A DNA stretch of 64,000 nt from positions 1,728,001-1,792,000 of the forward strand of contig OY970359.1 of the NCBI GenBank assembly GCA_963718665.1. Direction: 5' to 3'. The notes under the pieces are model-generated. The model was not told where the DNA came from. It was given only the letters and a program-made list of their open reading frames with translations, and did not search any database. Made by a program: the position numbers and the translations under genes. This document shows positions 62,538 through 64,000 of this stretch, one piece after another (the first letter of the stretch is position 1; each line of letters opens with the position of its first letter). This DNA is from an uncultured Phycisphaerales bacterium (GTDB lineage Bacteria; Planctomycetota; Phycisphaerae; Sedimentisphaerales; Anaerobacaceae).

Positions 62538-64000
62538 ATGAGGATTAGAACAAGTGGAATACTTATAGTATTTGCTTTATTTTCGGCCGGCGCGATTGCC
62601 GCCGAAGTCCCGCAGCGGCAAAAAGTCAATGTTGTAACTTTCTGGGCCGAACAGCAATTCGATACGGTATCGCCGGGCGGCAAAAGCGCAATCTCGATTC
62701 ACTTTGAATTGGAAAAGGACTGGCATTTCTACGCCTCCGCAGATAACGCCCCGGGCGGTATGAATCTCAAACTTGAACCAAATGAGCAGGGTGCGAAAGT
62801 CCTGTCGTTTGGCAAACCTATATTTCCCAAACCCGGCTGGATTTACGATGATGCGCTTGGTAAAAAGATAGACGTAATCGGCGGCGACTTCGCTGTGTAT
62901 CTGCCGTTTACCGTGGCGGCATCGTCAGGCGAGAAGACGGTCGTTGTTAGTATTGGTATTGTCGGAGCGGTCTGCTCGAACACTCGATGCAGCGTTCCTG
63001 ATTTCGGCAGCGTAAAGGTTGAAGTAAAAATCAAGCCAGGGGATGTATCTGCTCAGCCGAAATTCACCCTTCCCGAACCACAGAAATCACCTGCTTTAAC
63101 GGGCCAATGGGCGGACTATTCTATTTGGGCGGCGCTTGTGCTGGCGTTTGTCGCAGGGCTTTCGCTGAACATTATGCCCTGTGTCTGGCCTGTATTGCCG
63201 ATAATCGTGATGCGGCTTGTCGAGCAGGCAAAACAGGGCAAGAGCAAGTCGATTGTAATGGGACTTGCGTTCTGCACGGGCGTTCTGCTTTTCTTCGCGT
63301 GCTTAGCCGGCGCTAATATCATTTTGAAACTCGTTTACAACACCACACTTCAGTGGGGCGACCAGTTCCGCAACCCTGCGTTTGTCGCGGGGATGGCGAT
63401 GCTTATGGTGGTGCTGGCGTTATTTATGTTCGGCCTTTTTACAATTACCGTCCCCTCGTCAATATCAGGCAAAAGCGGCTCAGGCAAAGGATTCGGCGGC
63501 GCGGTAGGGATGGGTTTTCTGGCAGCGATACTCAGCACGCCGTGCAGTTTCGCGATATTGGCGGCGGCGTTCGCCTGGGCACAGGCACAGCCACTGGGGC
63601 TTGCGACGGTGGCGATAATGGTAATCGGAATCGGTATGGCGACGCCCTTCGCGATATTAACCGCAATGCCTGCGTTATTGAGCAGAACGCCGAGACCGGG
63701 CCGTTGGATGGAATTATTCAAGCAGACCATCGGCTTTGTGCTTCTTGTCATTGCGGTCAAACTTATAGCCGCTCTTCCTGTTGACAGGCGTGTTAATGTC
63801 CTGTATTTCGCGGTGGCCCTCGGGTTCTGCGTCTGGATGTGGGGCGGCTGGGTCAGTTTCGCTGCGCCCGCCTTGCGAAGATGGGCTGTCAGGATAATAG
63901 CGGTTGCGCTGGCGGTTGCCGCGGGCGTTATGTTTTTACCCGCACCTAAGCCGTTGCTTATTAACTGGCAAAAATATGATTCGGCTGTGATAAAACAGGC
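62538..64000 (+). CDS. DsbD-like thiol:disulfide interchange protein (partial, runs off the window)
   Basis: Read by hand from ATG 62538: signal peptide, DWHFY N-domain, LNIMPCVWPVLP and ILSTPCS TM motifs in one frame. Absent from the ORF track because it has no stop in the window. Confidence 0.85.
   Translation, partial: MRIRTSGILIVFALFSAGAIAAEVPQRQKVNVVTFWAEQQFDTVSPGGKSAISIHFELEKDWHFYASADNAPGGMNLKLEPNEQGAKVLSFGKPIFPKPGWIYDDALGKKIDVIGGDFAVYLPFTVAASSGEKTVVVSIGIVGAVCSNTRCSVPDFGSVKVEVKIKPGDVSAQPKFTLPEPQKSPALTGQWADYSIWAALVLAFVAGLSLNIMPCVWPVLPIIVMRLVEQAKQGKSKSIVMGLAFCTGVLLFFACLAGANIILKLVYNTTLQWGDQFRNPAFVAGMAMLMVVLALFMFGLFTITVPSSISGKSGSGKGFGGAVGMGFLAAILSTPCSFAILAAAFAWAQAQPLGLATVAIMVIGIGMATPFAILTAMPALLSRTPRPGRWMELFKQTIGFVLLVIAVKLIAALPVDRRVNVLYFAVALGFCVWMWGGWVSFAAPALRRWAVRIIAVALAVAAGVMFLPAPKPLLINWQKYDSAVIKQ

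Noticed and set aside
60364..63784. Long antisense or alternative-frame ORFs over ftsH and dsbD (similar ones over kdp, ppx, S8, GH94)
   Set aside because: Shadow ORFs of GC-rich genes with no independent motifs.

Overview
Bacterial DNA, most likely from a planctomycete (Phycisphaerae/Sedimentisphaerales-like). This is inferred from a prepilin H-X9-DG protein, a PEP-CTERM protein, repeated dockerin-like C-termini and a Sua5-LMW-PTP fusion next to rpiB. Positions ~1-23.35 kb look like the right part of a genomic island ending at a duplicated 3' half of tRNA-Gly(CCC). The island carries an archaeal-type tyrosine integrase interrupted by two in-frame TAG codons, three copies of a repeat that each follow a gene, and a phosphorus module. 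That module has secreted phosphoesterase, EEP and S1/P1 nucleases, a 5'-nucleotidase, PEP-CTERM/prepilin/dockerin-like surface proteins and a PPK2-HD-Gmk-like-CHAD-HD-Ppx-PPK1 polyphosphate cluster; several promoters carry 11-bp-period TAACA (Pho-box-like) arrays. The rest holds three tandem GH5 genes, an MFS, a c-di-AMP riboswitch ahead of kdpFABC with two kinase-less sensors and no kdpE, eno plus an FtsB-like gene, GPH transporters with GH130/GH94 phosphorylases, psd-pssA, an S8 peptidase, GH113, tsaC-PTP/rpiB, a multidomain GH5, bamD-lptE-ftsH and a partial dsbD-like gene. Five genes have small frameshifts that may be sequencing errors. All calls are by eye; no database searches were run.
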